Source: an uncultured delta proteobacterium
Lineage (GTDB): Bacteria; Desulfobacterota; Desulfuromonadia; Geobacterales; Pseudopelobacteraceae
Length of the DNA stretch: 64,000 nt
Direction of reading: 5' to 3'
Assembly (NCBI GenBank): GCA_963772835.1
Contig: CAVYYZ010000011.1
Coordinates: 64,001-128,000 of the forward strand
A program made the translations under genes and the position numbers. Under the pieces are notes generated by a model that saw only the letters and a list, made by a program, of their open reading frames with translations, was not told where the DNA came from and made no database searches. This document shows positions 10,676 to 21,024 of this stretch, one piece after another. Each line of letters starts with the position of its first letter. Within the stretch, counting starts at the first letter, position 1.

Positions 10676-11281
10676 ATGAAAGAAACAGTAAAACCCGAAC
10701 AATTTGACTTTTTTGCCTTTCTTTCCCGCATGCGTTATATCAGTCGCTGGGGTTTGATGCGCAACACCGTCCCGGAAAACATTCAGGAGCACAGCCTCGA
10801 TGTGGCTGTCATCGCACACGCGTTGGCAATGATCCGCAATACGTATTTTGGCGGCACTCTTGATCCATCCCGCGCGGCAATGTACGGGATCTTTCACGAT
10901 GCCAGTGAAATATTCACCGGAGACATGCCGACGCCGGTCAAGCACTTCAATCCGAACTTCAAGCGGTCATTTCATCAACTTGAGGATCGTGCCCGGAGGA
11001 AACTCCTGGCGATGCTGCCGCCGGAACTTGCCCGGGAATATGAGCCGCTGTTCTTTTTTGAAGATCAGGAAGAGTATGTCCATCTGGTAAAGTCCGCTGA
11101 CAAAATTGCGGCCCTGACGAAGTGCATTGAAGAGGGAAAGAGCGGTAACCATGAGTTCCGTCGTGCCGAAGCGGAGCATTTCGAGCAGTTGTCCGCCAGT
11201 CGACAGCCTGAAGTGATCTACTTTCTGGAAAAACTTCTCCCCGGCTACCGCCTGTCACTGGATGAGTTGAAATTGGGGTAG
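10676..11281 (+). CDS. yfbR: 5'-deoxynucleotidase, HD family
   Basis: RWGLMRN..ENIQEHS, HDASEIFTGDMPTPVK, VKSADK. Confidence 0.9.
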   Translation: MKETVKPEQFDFFAFLSRMRYISRWGLMRNTVPENIQEHSLDVAVIAHALAMIRNTYFGGTLDPSRAAMYGIFHDASEIFTGDMPTPVKHFNPNFKRSFHQLEDRARRKLLAMLPPELAREYEPLFFFEDQEEYVHLVKSADKIAALTKCIEEGKSGNHEFRRAEAEHFEQLSASRQPEVIYFLEKLLPGYRLSLDELKLG

Positions 11282-11323
11282 CTAAAAACGGCCCCCGGAA
11301 ATATTTTCGGGGGCCGTTTTTAG
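11282..11323. terminator. Bidirectional terminator
   Basis: CTAAAAACGGCCCCCGGAA/TTTCGGGGGCCGTTTTTAG between convergent genes. Confidence 0.85.
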
Positions 11324-11367
11324 TTACACGTATGTACACAATAGCTGTTTTTCAGGAATAATTTTGA

Positions 11368-12375
11368 TTACGCCACCAGATATTTCTCCACCGCTTCCGG
11401 ATCCATGTCATTTACCACGGAAAAAATCTGTGTCGAATCATTGAGTCGCATTTCAATCCTGCATTTAGCGCCAAATTCTGCTTTCGTATATCGGAGCATA
11501 ATTCTGGCGCTGAGACGGTAGAGATCATCATTCTGGTCGCCGATAATAATTGCCACCGGTGTGTTGCCATCCAGCCAGGTCAGCGCTGCTTCTCCCGACT
11601 GGCGTGCATGCTCAAGCTGATTGTTGTCCCCCTCGCTGCGCCCCATGATCGCCTTGCTCTGCGGAGCGATGCGGAAGTGACGCCCGGTTTTGAGCAGCCG
11701 GAAATCGCGCAGGTTGAGCTCCTCCGAGTGATCAAAAACATCCTTTATTTTCGGGACGAACGACAATTCAGTCAGCAGGCAGCCACCGGCCGGGCAGGGG
11801 TAGTTTTTGACATCAAGATCATCAGCCATCTGCATCTGGATTGAGCGTGACCGGCCTTCAATTGCCAGCATTTTGTCTCTATTCACCCACCCCTCTTTTT
11901 CGGGGATCGTCGCTTCGAAATGTCTGGCGGAAAGCGGCCGGAGCAGCAGTCCTTCAAGCCCGCTTTCCCGCTCGATGACACGCAGTGTATCCCGCCGCTG
12001 GCTCATCGGTCGCTGGCCGAGCACTTCACCGGTAAACACAAAATCGGCGCCGCTCTCAAGCATATATTCTTTGGCTTTCCTGAGCAGATAAATCCGGCAG
12101 TCAATACAGGGATTAACCCCTTTCCCGTAGCCGTGAACAGGATTTCGGACGATTTCGAGATAATCCAGCCCCTTGTGTACAACTTTGATCGGGATGTTGT
12201 ATTCCTGCGCGACCCGGACCGCCTCGGATTTGCAGCCGGAGTTTTTTCCGGTACAGGTACAAAAAGGGGAGGTGAAATTGAGGGCTTCGACTTCGATACC
12301 GAGATCAAGCATCATCTTGACGGCCAGAGTGGAGTCGAGTCCTCCGGAGAGGAGGGCAATTGCTTTTCGTTTCAT
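11368..12375 (-). CDS. PP-loop ThiI/MnmA-like tRNA sulfurtransferase family protein
   Basis: SGGLDS, NPCIDC, TGEVLGQRPMSQ, PAGGCLLT, GRHFR. Confidence 0.85.
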   Translation of the reverse strand: MKRKAIALLSGGLDSTLAVKMMLDLGIEVEALNFTSPFCTCTGKNSGCKSEAVRVAQEYNIPIKVVHKGLDYLEIVRNPVHGYGKGVNPCIDCRIYLLRKAKEYMLESGADFVFTGEVLGQRPMSQRRDTLRVIERESGLEGLLLRPLSARHFEATIPEKEGWVNRDKMLAIEGRSRSIQMQMADDLDVKNYPCPAGGCLLTELSFVPKIKDVFDHSEELNLRDFRLLKTGRHFRIAPQSKAIMGRSEGDNNQLEHARQSGEAALTWLDGNTPVAIIIGDQNDDLYRLSARIMLRYTKAEFGAKCRIEMRLNDSTQIFSVVNDMDPEAVEKYLVA

Positions 12376-12593
12376 ATGTAAAGAGCTCCTGGGGCTCCAT
12401 GACGAGAACATTCAGAACAAGCGGTGACCGTCACAGGACCGATTTTCATTAAGGCTAGCATGCCGTACGATCGAATGTAAAGCGGTAAGTCGTCATCTTG
12501 ACACTTGGAACCTCGTTGGATTTCTGTTACCTTTTGCGGTACGCCGGTTGTTGCCGGACTCAATTTCAATTTAACTGAAACCGGCAGTTCAAT

Positions 12594-12727
12594 AACACGG
12601 AGCCGCGGAGAATAGTGAGAAATAAAAGATGTAAGGTCTGAAACAAAAATACCTTTTGGTGGGCCTTAAGGCTTCTTGTTTGTCTGTAACTATCAGGTTT
12701 TAAACTTTTATTCAGTATCTACGTGTT
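12594..12727. repeat. Degenerate hairpin element related to 7447-7582
   Basis: AACACGGAG ... CTACGTGTT ends; right flank reads GGAAAAAGCATTCAACAC on the minus strand, matching GGAAAAAGCATTTGAAACAC at 7432-7451. Confidence 0.5.
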
Positions 12728-12764
12728 GAATGCTTTTTCCAGCGTTAATCTTTAATTTAACGGG

Positions 12765-13316
12765 ATGTGCTGCATGTGGACAACAACATTACTGGCCCGT
12801 TATCTTGATGGTGAGCCCCTGCACATTGTGGCCGAACACAGCCGGTACGTCGCAGATCTCGCGCTGGAAGTTGCCGGCCGCTTCACAATGAGTGATGATG
12901 ACCGCCGATTTATTGAAGAAGCGGCACTGCTGCACGACATCGGTGTCAGTCAGGTACATGCACCCGAACTCGGACTGTACGGGGAACACCCGTACATCAT
13001 GCATGGCGTACTCGGGCGTGATATTCTGGAGAGAGAAGGGTACCCGATCCATGCGCTCGTATGTGAACGCCACACCGGCGTCGGATTGACCTGCGAAGAT
13101 GTAATCCGGCAAAAATTGCCGCTTCCGCATCGGGACATGTGCCCGGTATCACTTGCAGAGCAGATAATCTGTTTTTCCGATTTATTCTATTCAAAGAAAC
13201 CGGGCAGATTGGCTGAACGCAAGAGTGTTGAAAGGGTGAGGATGAAGCTGCTCCCTTTCGGGGAAGAAAAAGCGGCTGTTTTTGAATTGTGGCTGGCAAA
13301 ATTTAATTATACATAA
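12765..13316 (+). CDS. HDIG/HD-domain phosphohydrolase
   Basis: EHS, LLHDIG, CERHTG, EQIICFSDLFYSK; start uncertain. Confidence 0.82.
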   Translation: MCCMWTTTLLARYLDGEPLHIVAEHSRYVADLALEVAGRFTMSDDDRRFIEEAALLHDIGVSQVHAPELGLYGEHPYIMHGVLGRDILEREGYPIHALVCERHTGVGLTCEDVIRQKLPLPHRDMCPVSLAEQIICFSDLFYSKKPGRLAERKSVERVRMKLLPFGEEKAAVFELWLAKFNYT

Positions 13317-13346
13317 GTCGAATCAGAGCAAATATAATCTCTGTTT

Positions 13347-13436
13347 TCACGCAACGACTCAACGACGCAACGCTTAAAACTTTGAATGTATGTTCAGTTC
13401 AAATGCCTTTCGTTGCGTCGTTGCGCCGTTGCGTGA
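13347..13436. repeat. Intergenic hairpin element with (CGCAACGA)n arms
   Basis: TCACGCAACGACTCAACGACGCAACG ... CGTTGCGTCGTTGCGCCGTTGCGTGA. Confidence 0.8.
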
Positions 13437-13569
13437 GATATGCCTTGCTTGACTATTGTTTGAAATCAAAGTTGTAAGAGACTAAAACCGGTTGCTTTTT
13501 ATCATACCTTGTTTTACATTATCCTTCTTTTTTAACTTCTTGTAACGACTACCCACCAGGCGGTTTCCC

Positions 13570-14649
13570 TTGCAGAAAAAAGTGTTGCCCATTCAGGATC
13601 TCCGTTCGCGTATTGACAGTATTGATGATGCTATTCTTGACCTGTTGAATGAACGATCGCAAGTCGTTCTTGAAGTCGGGCGCCTCAAGTCAGGAAACAA
13701 TCTTGATTTTCACGTTCCGGGCCGTGAACGCCAGATCTATGAACGGCTGTTGAGCCAAAATCCTGGACCGTTTCCGAATGATGCACTGAAAAGTATTTAT
13801 CGTGAAATAATATCAGCCTGCCTGGCGCTGGAATCGCCGATGAAGGTCGCTTTTCTGGGGCCCAAGGCAACGTTCAGTCACCTGGCAACCATGCAGCAGT
13901 TTGGGCTTTCGGCCGAACTGGTCCCCATGAAATCAATCCCGTCGGTCTATGAAGAGGTGGAGAAGGGGAAGGCGCTGTACGGAGTCGTGCCGGTCGAGAA
14001 CTCGACAGAAGGGGTTATATCCCACACTCTGGACATGTTTGTGGAAAGCAAGCTGCAGATCACCGCCGAGATTCTTCTGGAGGTGCATCACGACCTGTTA
14101 TCCCGTACCGGCCGCCTGGAGGATATCAAAAAGGTCTACTCGCATTCGCAGCCAATTGCCCAGTGTCGCCAGTGGCTCGATGAAAATCTTCCCGGCATTC
14201 CCATGGTTGATGTCGCATCCACCGCCGTCGCGGCCCAGATTGTCAGTGAGGACTATACCGCGGCCGCCATAGCCAGTGAACTGGCCGCTTCGCTCTACGA
14301 TCTCAAGGTTGTCAGGAGCCGGATCGAAGATCAGGTCAATAACTTTACCCGTTTTCTGGTGATTTCCCGCAAAGGGTGTGACCGTTCGGGGAGTGATAAG
14401 ACTTCGGTACTCTTTTCGGTCAAGGATGAACCGGGAATTCTCTGTCGCATGTTGGAACCGTTTGCCAAGCGCGGCATCAACCTTACTAAGATCGAATCCC
14501 GGCCATACAAGAGCAAGGCATGGGAATACATCTTTTTCCTCGACCTTTTCGGCCATTATTCCGATCCTGATGTTTCTGAAGCTCTGGAGGAACTGAAGGG
14601 ATGCTGCCAGTTCCTTAAAGTTCTCGGATCATATCCGCGTTCGATGTAG
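13570..14649 (+). CDS. pheA: Chorismate mutase/prephenate dehydratase (P-protein)
   Basis: LRSRIDSID, PVENSTEG, NFTRF, ESRP, LGSYP. Confidence 0.95.
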   Translation: MQKKVLPIQDLRSRIDSIDDAILDLLNERSQVVLEVGRLKSGNNLDFHVPGRERQIYERLLSQNPGPFPNDALKSIYREIISACLALESPMKVAFLGPKATFSHLATMQQFGLSAELVPMKSIPSVYEEVEKGKALYGVVPVENSTEGVISHTLDMFVESKLQITAEILLEVHHDLLSRTGRLEDIKKVYSHSQPIAQCRQWLDENLPGIPMVDVASTAVAAQIVSEDYTAAAIASELAASLYDLKVVRSRIEDQVNNFTRFLVISRKGCDRSGSDKTSVLFSVKDEPGILCRMLEPFAKRGINLTKIESRPYKSKAWEYIFFLDLFGHYSDPDVSEALEELKGCCQFLKVLGSYPRSM

Positions 14650-14660
14650 GAGGGGGTCGG

Positions 14661-15524
14661 ATGAGCGAGATTATAGAACGTCTGGCCATTATCGGTGTGG
14701 GACTGATCGGCGGCTCCCTTGTGCGCGCTCTGCGCGAGGCCGGGGTCGTGAAGAGCGTCGTCGGCATCGGCAGGTCCCGTCCAAACCTGGAGGAGGCGCT
14801 CTCCCTGGGCATCTGCGACGAGATAACCCAGGACCCGGTTGAAGGAGTACGGGGCGCCGATGTGGTGTTCATCTCTGTACCGGTCTGCGCTATCCCCGGT
14901 GTTGTCGCCGGGATCGCCCGGTCCCTGGCTCCCGGCTGCATCGTTACCGACGGGGGAAGCGTCAAAAGTGCTATTGTCAGCGAGTGCGAGGCGCTCATGC
15001 CATCGGGCTGTTTCTTCGTCGGCGGCCACCCTATAGCCGGTACCGAGCACACCGGCGCTGCCGCCTCATTCGCCACTCTCTACCGGGGCAGACGCTGTAT
15101 CCTGACGCCAACTGAGCGAACCGACGTTGCGGCTCTGGAACGGGTCGCCAGCATGTGGCGGCTTGCCGGAGCCGACGTCTGTTTCATGGAGCCGGGGCAT
15201 CACGACCGGATTTTCGCAGAGATTTCGCACCTGCCCCATATGGCGGCATATGCGTTGGTGCATGCCGTGGGGACTGCGGATGTGGAGGGGGAAAACGTCC
15301 TCTCCTATACAGCCGGTGGTTTCCGGGACTTCACTCGTATAGCCTCATCCGACCCGGCCATGTGGCGCGACATCGCCTTGATGAACCGGAATGCACTCCT
15401 GCAAAGCATCGACGGATTTTCGGCCAGCCTGACCGAGCTGCGCCGTCGTATCGAGGCGGGAGACGGCGCGGGGTTGAGTACGTTTTTCACTACTGCAAAA
15501 CAGTTCCGCGACGGAATCATCTGA
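14661..15524 (+). CDS. tyrA: Prephenate/arogenate dehydrogenase
   Basis: GVGLIGGS, DGGSVK, HPIAG, SHLPH, FRDFTRIA. Confidence 0.93.
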   Translation: MSEIIERLAIIGVGLIGGSLVRALREAGVVKSVVGIGRSRPNLEEALSLGICDEITQDPVEGVRGADVVFISVPVCAIPGVVAGIARSLAPGCIVTDGGSVKSAIVSECEALMPSGCFFVGGHPIAGTEHTGAAASFATLYRGRRCILTPTERTDVAALERVASMWRLAGADVCFMEPGHHDRIFAEISHLPHMAAYALVHAVGTADVEGENVLSYTAGGFRDFTRIASSDPAMWRDIALMNRNALLQSIDGFSASLTELRRRIEAGDGAGLSTFFTTAKQFRDGII

Positions 15525-15544
15525 TTCAACTATCTGGAGAACCC

Positions 15545-16834
15545 GTGAATTTAATTACCGTACTGCCGGCTGCTTCTGTCAAGGGCGAGATCACCGTTCC
15601 AGGGGATAAATCGATTTCCCATCGTTCCATCATGCTCGGGGCGATTGCTAACGGCATCACAACAGTTCGCGGTTTCCTCCGCGGCGAAGACAATATGTCA
15701 ACCATGCACGCATTCCGTGCCATGGGGGTTGATATCGATGATGATGGCGAAACGATTCGCATAACCGGCCGGGGGCTGCACGGTCTGCGCGAGCCGGGTG
15801 ATGTTCTGGACTGCGGCAACTCCGGTACAACTATCAGGCTGATCACCGGTCTCCTTTCCGGTCAGTCATTCTTCTCGGTTGTCACCGGTGATCAATATCT
15901 TCGAAAACGGCCCATGAAACGGGTGGTAGAGCCGCTTTCACTCATGGGGGCCCGTATTGCTGGCCGCAATGGAGGAACGTTGGCTCCATTGGCAATTACT
16001 GGTGGCTCTTTGAAAGGAATAGAGTATAAAACACCGGTGTCAAGCGCTCAGATCAAGTCATCGATCATGCTGGCGGGCCTGTATGCTGCCGGTGAAACGA
16101 GTGTGAGTGAGCCGAGTCTGTCTCGGGATCATTCAGAGCGTATGTTCAGGCACTTCGGCGCGTCACTGGACATACACGACACCGGCGTGACGGTCCGGGG
16201 CGGGGTTGAGCTGACCGCCCGGGAAGTGACCGTGCCGGGAGACATCTCATCGGCCGCATTTTTTATCGTCGCCGGCCTGATCACCCCGAATTCCGAACTG
16301 TTGATACGGAACGTCGGTGTAAATCCGTCCCGAACCGGTGTGATAGATATTCTACTGGCAATGGGCGGCAACATTCAGCTGCTGGACGAACGTGAGGTTT
16401 CGGGTGAGCCGGTTGCTGATATATTTGTACGTTCTTCCCGGCTCAAAGGAACCAATATTTCCGGCGCTGTTGTTCCCCGGGCTATTGATGAATTCCCGGC
16501 GATCTGCGTCGCAGCGGCACGCGCCGAAGGGGTCACAACTATCAGGGACGCCAGGGAACTGCGGGTAAAAGAGACCGACCGGATAACAGCTATGGCCGTT
16601 AATCTCGGCACGCTGGGCATTATGGTAACCGAGTGCGAAGACGGCATGGATATCACCGGTTCAGATAAGCTGTCCGGCGGGACTGTCGACAGCTGTGGAG
16701 ATCATCGTATCGCCATGTCCCTGTCGATAGCGGCTCTTGTTGCGTCCGGTGCGATCACAGTGACGGATATCGACTGTGTGGCAACATCATTTCCGACCTT
16801 TTTCCCGCTGCTGGAAAAAGTCTCCGTGAAATAG
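15545..16834 (+). CDS. aroA: 3-phosphoshikimate 1-carboxyvinyltransferase
   Basis: PGDKSISHR, CGNSGTT, RDHSE, ELRVKETDR, DHRIAM; GTG start after GGAG. Confidence 0.95.
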   Translation: MNLITVLPAASVKGEITVPGDKSISHRSIMLGAIANGITTVRGFLRGEDNMSTMHAFRAMGVDIDDDGETIRITGRGLHGLREPGDVLDCGNSGTTIRLITGLLSGQSFFSVVTGDQYLRKRPMKRVVEPLSLMGARIAGRNGGTLAPLAITGGSLKGIEYKTPVSSAQIKSSIMLAGLYAAGETSVSEPSLSRDHSERMFRHFGASLDIHDTGVTVRGGVELTAREVTVPGDISSAAFFIVAGLITPNSELLIRNVGVNPSRTGVIDILLAMGGNIQLLDEREVSGEPVADIFVRSSRLKGTNISGAVVPRAIDEFPAICVAAARAEGVTTIRDARELRVKETDRITAMAVNLGTLGIMVTECEDGMDITGSDKLSGGTVDSCGDHRIAMSLSIAALVASGAITVTDIDCVATSFPTFFPLLEKVSVK

Positions 16835-16837
16835 CCC

Positions 16838-17539
16838 ATGTCCTCACGACCCGATGGAATCGTCATCGCCATAGACGGCCCTTCCGGCGCCGGAAAAAGC
16901 ACGCTTGCCCGTCTGCTGGCCGGGCGTCTCGGCTATATCCAGATCGATACCGGGGCGATGTACCGGGCAGCCGCACTTCTGATTTCACGTGCGGGTATTG
17001 ATCTTGATGACCATGCAGCGCTTGAGGCTTTTTGCAGAAATCTTGTCATACAGCTGGAATTGATATCCGGAAGACAGGTGGTGCGTGCCAACGGAATTGA
17101 TGTTACGGATCAGCTCCGTACCCCGGAAATGTCACTATTGACCTCCCGGACGTCGACTCTCAAGCCGGTTCGGGATGCGTTACTCAAGTCGCAGCAGAAA
17201 ATGGGCAGCCGGGGCGGCGTTGTTCTCGAAGGGCGCGATATCGGCACGGTGGTGTTCCCTGATGCGGAAATAAAATTCTACCTGAACGCATCTGTGGAGG
17301 AGCGCGCCCGGAGACGCTGCGAAGAGCTGGCACTCGTCGGGGAACCGGTAACTCTCGCAGAAACGATTGCCGATGTGGCAAAACGGGACCGGCAGGACTC
17401 CGGGAGAGATATCGCACCACTCCGACAGGCGGACGATGCAATTGCCGTCGATTCATCGCATCTATCAATTGATGAGGTTTTGGCCATGATGATAACGCTG
17501 TGCCGCGAAAAAATAATGACTCCTGAATCTTCGTTATGA
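16838..17539 (+). CDS. cmk: Cytidylate kinase
   Basis: IDGPSGAGKST, DTGAMYR, EGRDIGTVVFP. Confidence 0.95.
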   Translation: MSSRPDGIVIAIDGPSGAGKSTLARLLAGRLGYIQIDTGAMYRAAALLISRAGIDLDDHAALEAFCRNLVIQLELISGRQVVRANGIDVTDQLRTPEMSLLTSRTSTLKPVRDALLKSQQKMGSRGGVVLEGRDIGTVVFPDAEIKFYLNASVEERARRRCEELALVGEPVTLAETIADVAKRDRQDSGRDIAPLRQADDAIAVDSSHLSIDEVLAMMITLCREKIMTPESSL

Positions 17540-18378
17540 AAGTTATCCTTGCCAAACAGGCCGGCTTTTGTTTCGGGGTCAGGCGTGCTACGCAACTGGC
17601 CTTCGCCGCGGCCGGCAAGGATCAGAAAACCTACACCCTCGGGCCGATTATTCATTCTCCACAGGTCGTCGGTAAGCTCGAAGAGTTAGGAGTCCGTGTC
17701 CTTGATTCACTTCACGGCCTCGAATGCGGGACCATAATTATCCGCTCTCACGGTGTCGAGCAGAAAGAGATCACTGAAGCGCAGCAGAAGCACCTTTCTA
17801 TCGTCGATGCAACCTGCCCGTTTGTTAAAAAGGCCCAGGAGCATGTGAAGAGTCTTTCAGATGCCGGGTATGGAGTTGTTGTTGTCGGAGATGCGGACCA
17901 CCCTGAAGTTCAGGGTATTGTTTCCTACGGCGGTGAAAAGGTATTTGTGGTTGCGTCCGGCGAAGATGTCAAAAAACTCCCTAAAATGAAAAAAATCGGG
18001 GTGGTGGCCCAAACGACCCAGTCGTTTGAAAACCTGAAAAACGTTGTGTGTGAATGTTTGCAGCGGGGGGGCGAAATCCGTGTGTACAACACGATCTGTG
18101 ATGCGACTGCAGTCCGGCAGGAAGAGGCAAAAGTGCTGGCCGGCCAGGTTGACTGCATGCTGGTGATCGGCGGCTTTAACAGCGCCAATACCCGGCGGCT
18201 GCTTGAAGTATGTGCCGAGCTGCAGCCGCGCACCTACCACATTGAAACAGCGGCGGAAATTATTCCGGAGTGGTTTGAAGGTGCCGAACAGGTCGGAGTC
18301 ACTGCAGGGGCGTCAACTCCGAAGTGGATTATCGATGAAGTTATGAACAAAATTGAGGAATTGAATAAAAGCGATTGA
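17536..18378 (+). CDS. ispH: 4-hydroxy-3-methylbut-2-enyl diphosphate reductase
   Basis: AGFCFGV, DATCP, TICDAT, TAGASTP. Confidence 0.95.
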   Translation: MKVILAKQAGFCFGVRRATQLAFAAAGKDQKTYTLGPIIHSPQVVGKLEELGVRVLDSLHGLECGTIIIRSHGVEQKEITEAQQKHLSIVDATCPFVKKAQEHVKSLSDAGYGVVVVGDADHPEVQGIVSYGGEKVFVVASGEDVKKLPKMKKIGVVAQTTQSFENLKNVVCECLQRGGEIRVYNTICDATAVRQEEAKVLAGQVDCMLVIGGFNSANTRRLLEVCAELQPRTYHIETAAEIIPEWFEGAEQVGVTAGASTPKWIIDEVMNKIEELNKSD

Positions 18379-18455
18379 AATATTTTGAGCATATTGCTAC
18401 ATTACCAGACTTAATAAAAATAGAAGAACGATAAACGTCCAGGGGGTATGGTGTA

Positions 18456-20189
18456 ATGGTTGATTTTAAAAGGCTTGACGCTGCCGGAGAAGAGAATGAA
18501 GAACTCGACGGCGATCAGCAGAGCAGTGAATTTGCAGCGCTTTTCACTGAAAGTTTAAAAGATCGTCCCGAACGGGATAAAATCATAGAGGGAACTGTTG
18601 TGCGCGTGGATGTTGATACGGTCCTCGTTGATATCGGACTGAAGTCGGAAGGTCATGTGCCAATCGCTGAATTCCGGAATGCTGATGGTGAACTGACGGT
18701 CCAGATCGGCGACAAGATTCGTGTCCTTATGACACGTCAGGACGGAAGAAAAGGATATGTCCTTTCCAAGAAGAAAGCAGATTATCTTTCCGCGTGGGAT
18801 AAGATCGGTGACGCCTGTCAGGAAGGGGGCATTATCGAGGGCACCATTACCGGCAAGGTAAATGGCGGTTTTACCGTCGACATCGGCGGCGTTCAGGCGT
18901 TTCTTCCCTCTTCACAGGTTGATATCCGCCCCTCCTCCGACTCCGACAGCTACACAGGGTTGAAATCGAATTTCAAGGTTATCAAGATAAACCAGCGTCG
19001 TGACAATATCGTGCTCTCCCGCCGCGCCGTACTTGAAGATGAGCGGGCTGCCATCCGCGATGTCACGCTGGAAAAACTTGAGGAAGGACAAATCGTTCAG
19101 GGGATCATTAAAAATGTTACCGATTATGGTGCATTTGTTGATCTCGGCGGCGTTGACGGACTGCTCCATGTTTCCGATCTTTCCTGGGGAAGGGTTGGCA
19201 AACCGGCAGATGTTCTTAAACCGGGTCAGCAGATCACTGCAAAGGTTCTTAAATTTGACCGCGCCAAAGGTAAAATTTCTCTCGGTATCAAGCAGACCCT
19301 TACCGATCCGTGGCTTGACGTGCCTGCAAAATTCCCGATCGGCGAGCGCGTCCACGGCCGGGTGGTCAGCCTGATGGAATACGGTGCGTTTGTTGAGCTG
19401 GAGTCCGGCATTGAGGGTCTGATTCATGTTTCGGAAATGTCGTGGACGAAGCGGGTACGTCGCGCCTCTGACATTCTGAATATCGGTGATGAGGTTGAGA
19501 CGATTGTCCTGGGTATCGACATGGGTAACCGTAAAATTTCTCTGGGCCTCAAGCAGGTCTCCGAAAACCCCTGGGCCACCATTGCTGAAAAATATCCCAC
19601 AGGTACCAGAATCGAAGGCCAGATCAAGAACATGACCGATTTCGGCATGTTTATCGGTATTGAAGATGGTATCGACGGTCTGGTACATGTATCCGATATG
19701 TCGTGGACAAAGCGCATCAAGCATCCGGGTGATGTGTATGAAAAGGGAAGTCTTGTCCAGGCGGTTGTTCTGAAGGTAGATGTCGAAAACGAGCGTCTTT
19801 CTCTCGGTATCAAGCAACTTGCCCCTGATCCATGGAGCCTTGCACCGGGTAAATACCGTGCCAATGTTCTTGTTACCGGTACCGTTACCTCTTTGACCGA
19901 TTTCGGAGTTTTTGTGGAACTGGAAGAGGGCATTGAAGGTCTGATTCACGTCTCAGAACTGTCTCGCGAAAAAGTCGCTTCAGCCAAGGAATTTGCCGCA
20001 GTCGGCGACAAGCTTGAAGCGACTGTGTTAAGCTGCGATCCGAAAGAGCGCCGGATTTCCCTCTCCATCAAATCGATGCATGTAGCGGTTGAAAAGGCGG
20101 AATTTGAGCAGTATATGGGTTCACAGGGAGAGTCAACGTCAACGTTTGGTGATTTGTTGAAACAGAGCCTGAACAACAAAACAAATTAA
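18456..20189 (+). CDS. rpsA: 30S ribosomal protein S1
   Basis: Six S1 domains (YGAFVDLGGVDGLLHVS etc.). Confidence 0.96.
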   Translation: MVDFKRLDAAGEENEELDGDQQSSEFAALFTESLKDRPERDKIIEGTVVRVDVDTVLVDIGLKSEGHVPIAEFRNADGELTVQIGDKIRVLMTRQDGRKGYVLSKKKADYLSAWDKIGDACQEGGIIEGTITGKVNGGFTVDIGGVQAFLPSSQVDIRPSSDSDSYTGLKSNFKVIKINQRRDNIVLSRRAVLEDERAAIRDVTLEKLEEGQIVQGIIKNVTDYGAFVDLGGVDGLLHVSDLSWGRVGKPADVLKPGQQITAKVLKFDRAKGKISLGIKQTLTDPWLDVPAKFPIGERVHGRVVSLMEYGAFVELESGIEGLIHVSEMSWTKRVRRASDILNIGDEVETIVLGIDMGNRKISLGLKQVSENPWATIAEKYPTGTRIEGQIKNMTDFGMFIGIEDGIDGLVHVSDMSWTKRIKHPGDVYEKGSLVQAVVLKVDVENERLSLGIKQLAPDPWSLAPGKYRANVLVTGTVTSLTDFGVFVELEEGIEGLIHVSELSREKVASAKEFAAVGDKLEATVLSCDPKERRISLSIKSMHVAVEKAEFEQYMGSQGESTSTFGDLLKQSLNNKTN

Positions 20190-20210
20190 ATTTTTGCGAT
20201 AGAGGGACGT

Positions 20211-20489
20211 ATGACCAAAAGTGAACTTATTGAAAAAGTTGTTCAGTCTCACGGGATGTTGAACGTGAAGGTATCGGAAATTATCGTCAATACGGTTTTC
20301 GATTCAATTGAAGAGGCTCTCGTCTCCGGAGACAAAGTAGAAATCCGTGGATTCGGAAGTTTTACCATCCGCGAACGTCTTGGACGTGAGGCGAGAAACC
20401 CGAAAAACGGTGAAGTAGTGAGCATACCTTCAAAGAAGACCCCGTTCTTTAAAACAGGCAAGGATCTAAAAGAACGGGTCAACTGCTAA
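20211..20489 (+). CDS. ihfB: Integration host factor beta subunit
   Basis: MTKSELI, VEIRGFGSF, ARNPKNG; position after rpsA. Confidence 0.88.
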   Translation: MTKSELIEKVVQSHGMLNVKVSEIIVNTVFDSIEEALVSGDKVEIRGFGSFTIRERLGREARNPKNGEVVSIPSKKTPFFKTGKDLKERVNC

Positions 20490-20511
20490 TAACCCGTCTG
20501 CTGGCAATTGC

Positions 20512-20598
20512 GCCCGAATGGTGGAACTGGTAGACACAAGGGACTTAAAATCCCTCGGCCGAAATGCTGTGCCGGTTCGATTCCGGCTTCGGGCACCA
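20512..20598 (+). tRNA. tRNA-Leu (anticodon TAA)
   Basis: GCCCGAA/TTCGGGC acceptor stem plus ACCA, GGTAGAC D-loop, AGGGA-CTTAAAA-TCCCT anticodon arm, long variable arm, GGTTCGATT. Confidence 0.96.
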
Positions 20599-20600
20599 GT

Positions 20601-20641
20601 AAAAACAAGGACTTAGTCGCTATTGACTAGGTCCTTGTTTT
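20601..20641 (+). terminator. Hairpin immediately after tRNA-Leu (terminator or att-associated)
   Basis: AAAACAAGGACTTAGTC/GACTAGGTCCTTGTTTT. Confidence 0.65.
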
Positions 20642-21024
20642 GTTGTATAGTTCATTGCAGGACATTTGTGGGACAGTTGAGTGCGAAACATAGCCAAAGT
20701 TGGCGATAAGTATTTGACGTAAAAACAGCATAAAATAGGCTTCTGTAATTTTTTTTGTCCCTGTGTTGTCCCATACATCAGGGGGCGCTCTGTTCTACAG
20801 GTGCCACCCAGATTCGTTGTTTCCCATTTAATTAACTCAGTTGTGTCCGACGGCTGTGAGCACAGCGGGATCTCCGCTGCTGCGCTAAATTGGAAATTAT
20901 TTTCTCTCGCTCAATCCACAACTTCACCAGCTTCCACTCATTTGAATCTTAATTTGCCCGTAGGGATTGAGTTTTTAGCTTGCTTACATGCAGCTGAGAA
21001 AAGGCCTATTTCCTCGGAGGTTAG

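Noticed and set aside
9529..11281. dGTPase + YfbR as a nucleotide-depletion antiphage system
   Set aside because: Core-like composition and housekeeping context; nothing marks it as a defence island
15155..15544. 130-aa N-terminal extension of AroA
   Set aside because: Overlaps tyrA in another frame; the GTG at 15545 has an RBS and gives the normal length
18912..19949. 345-aa antisense ORF in rpsA (likewise 45205-46125 in eno and 39582-40796 across larE)
   Set aside because: Shadow ORFs on the opposite strand of well-supported genes, with no recognisable motifs
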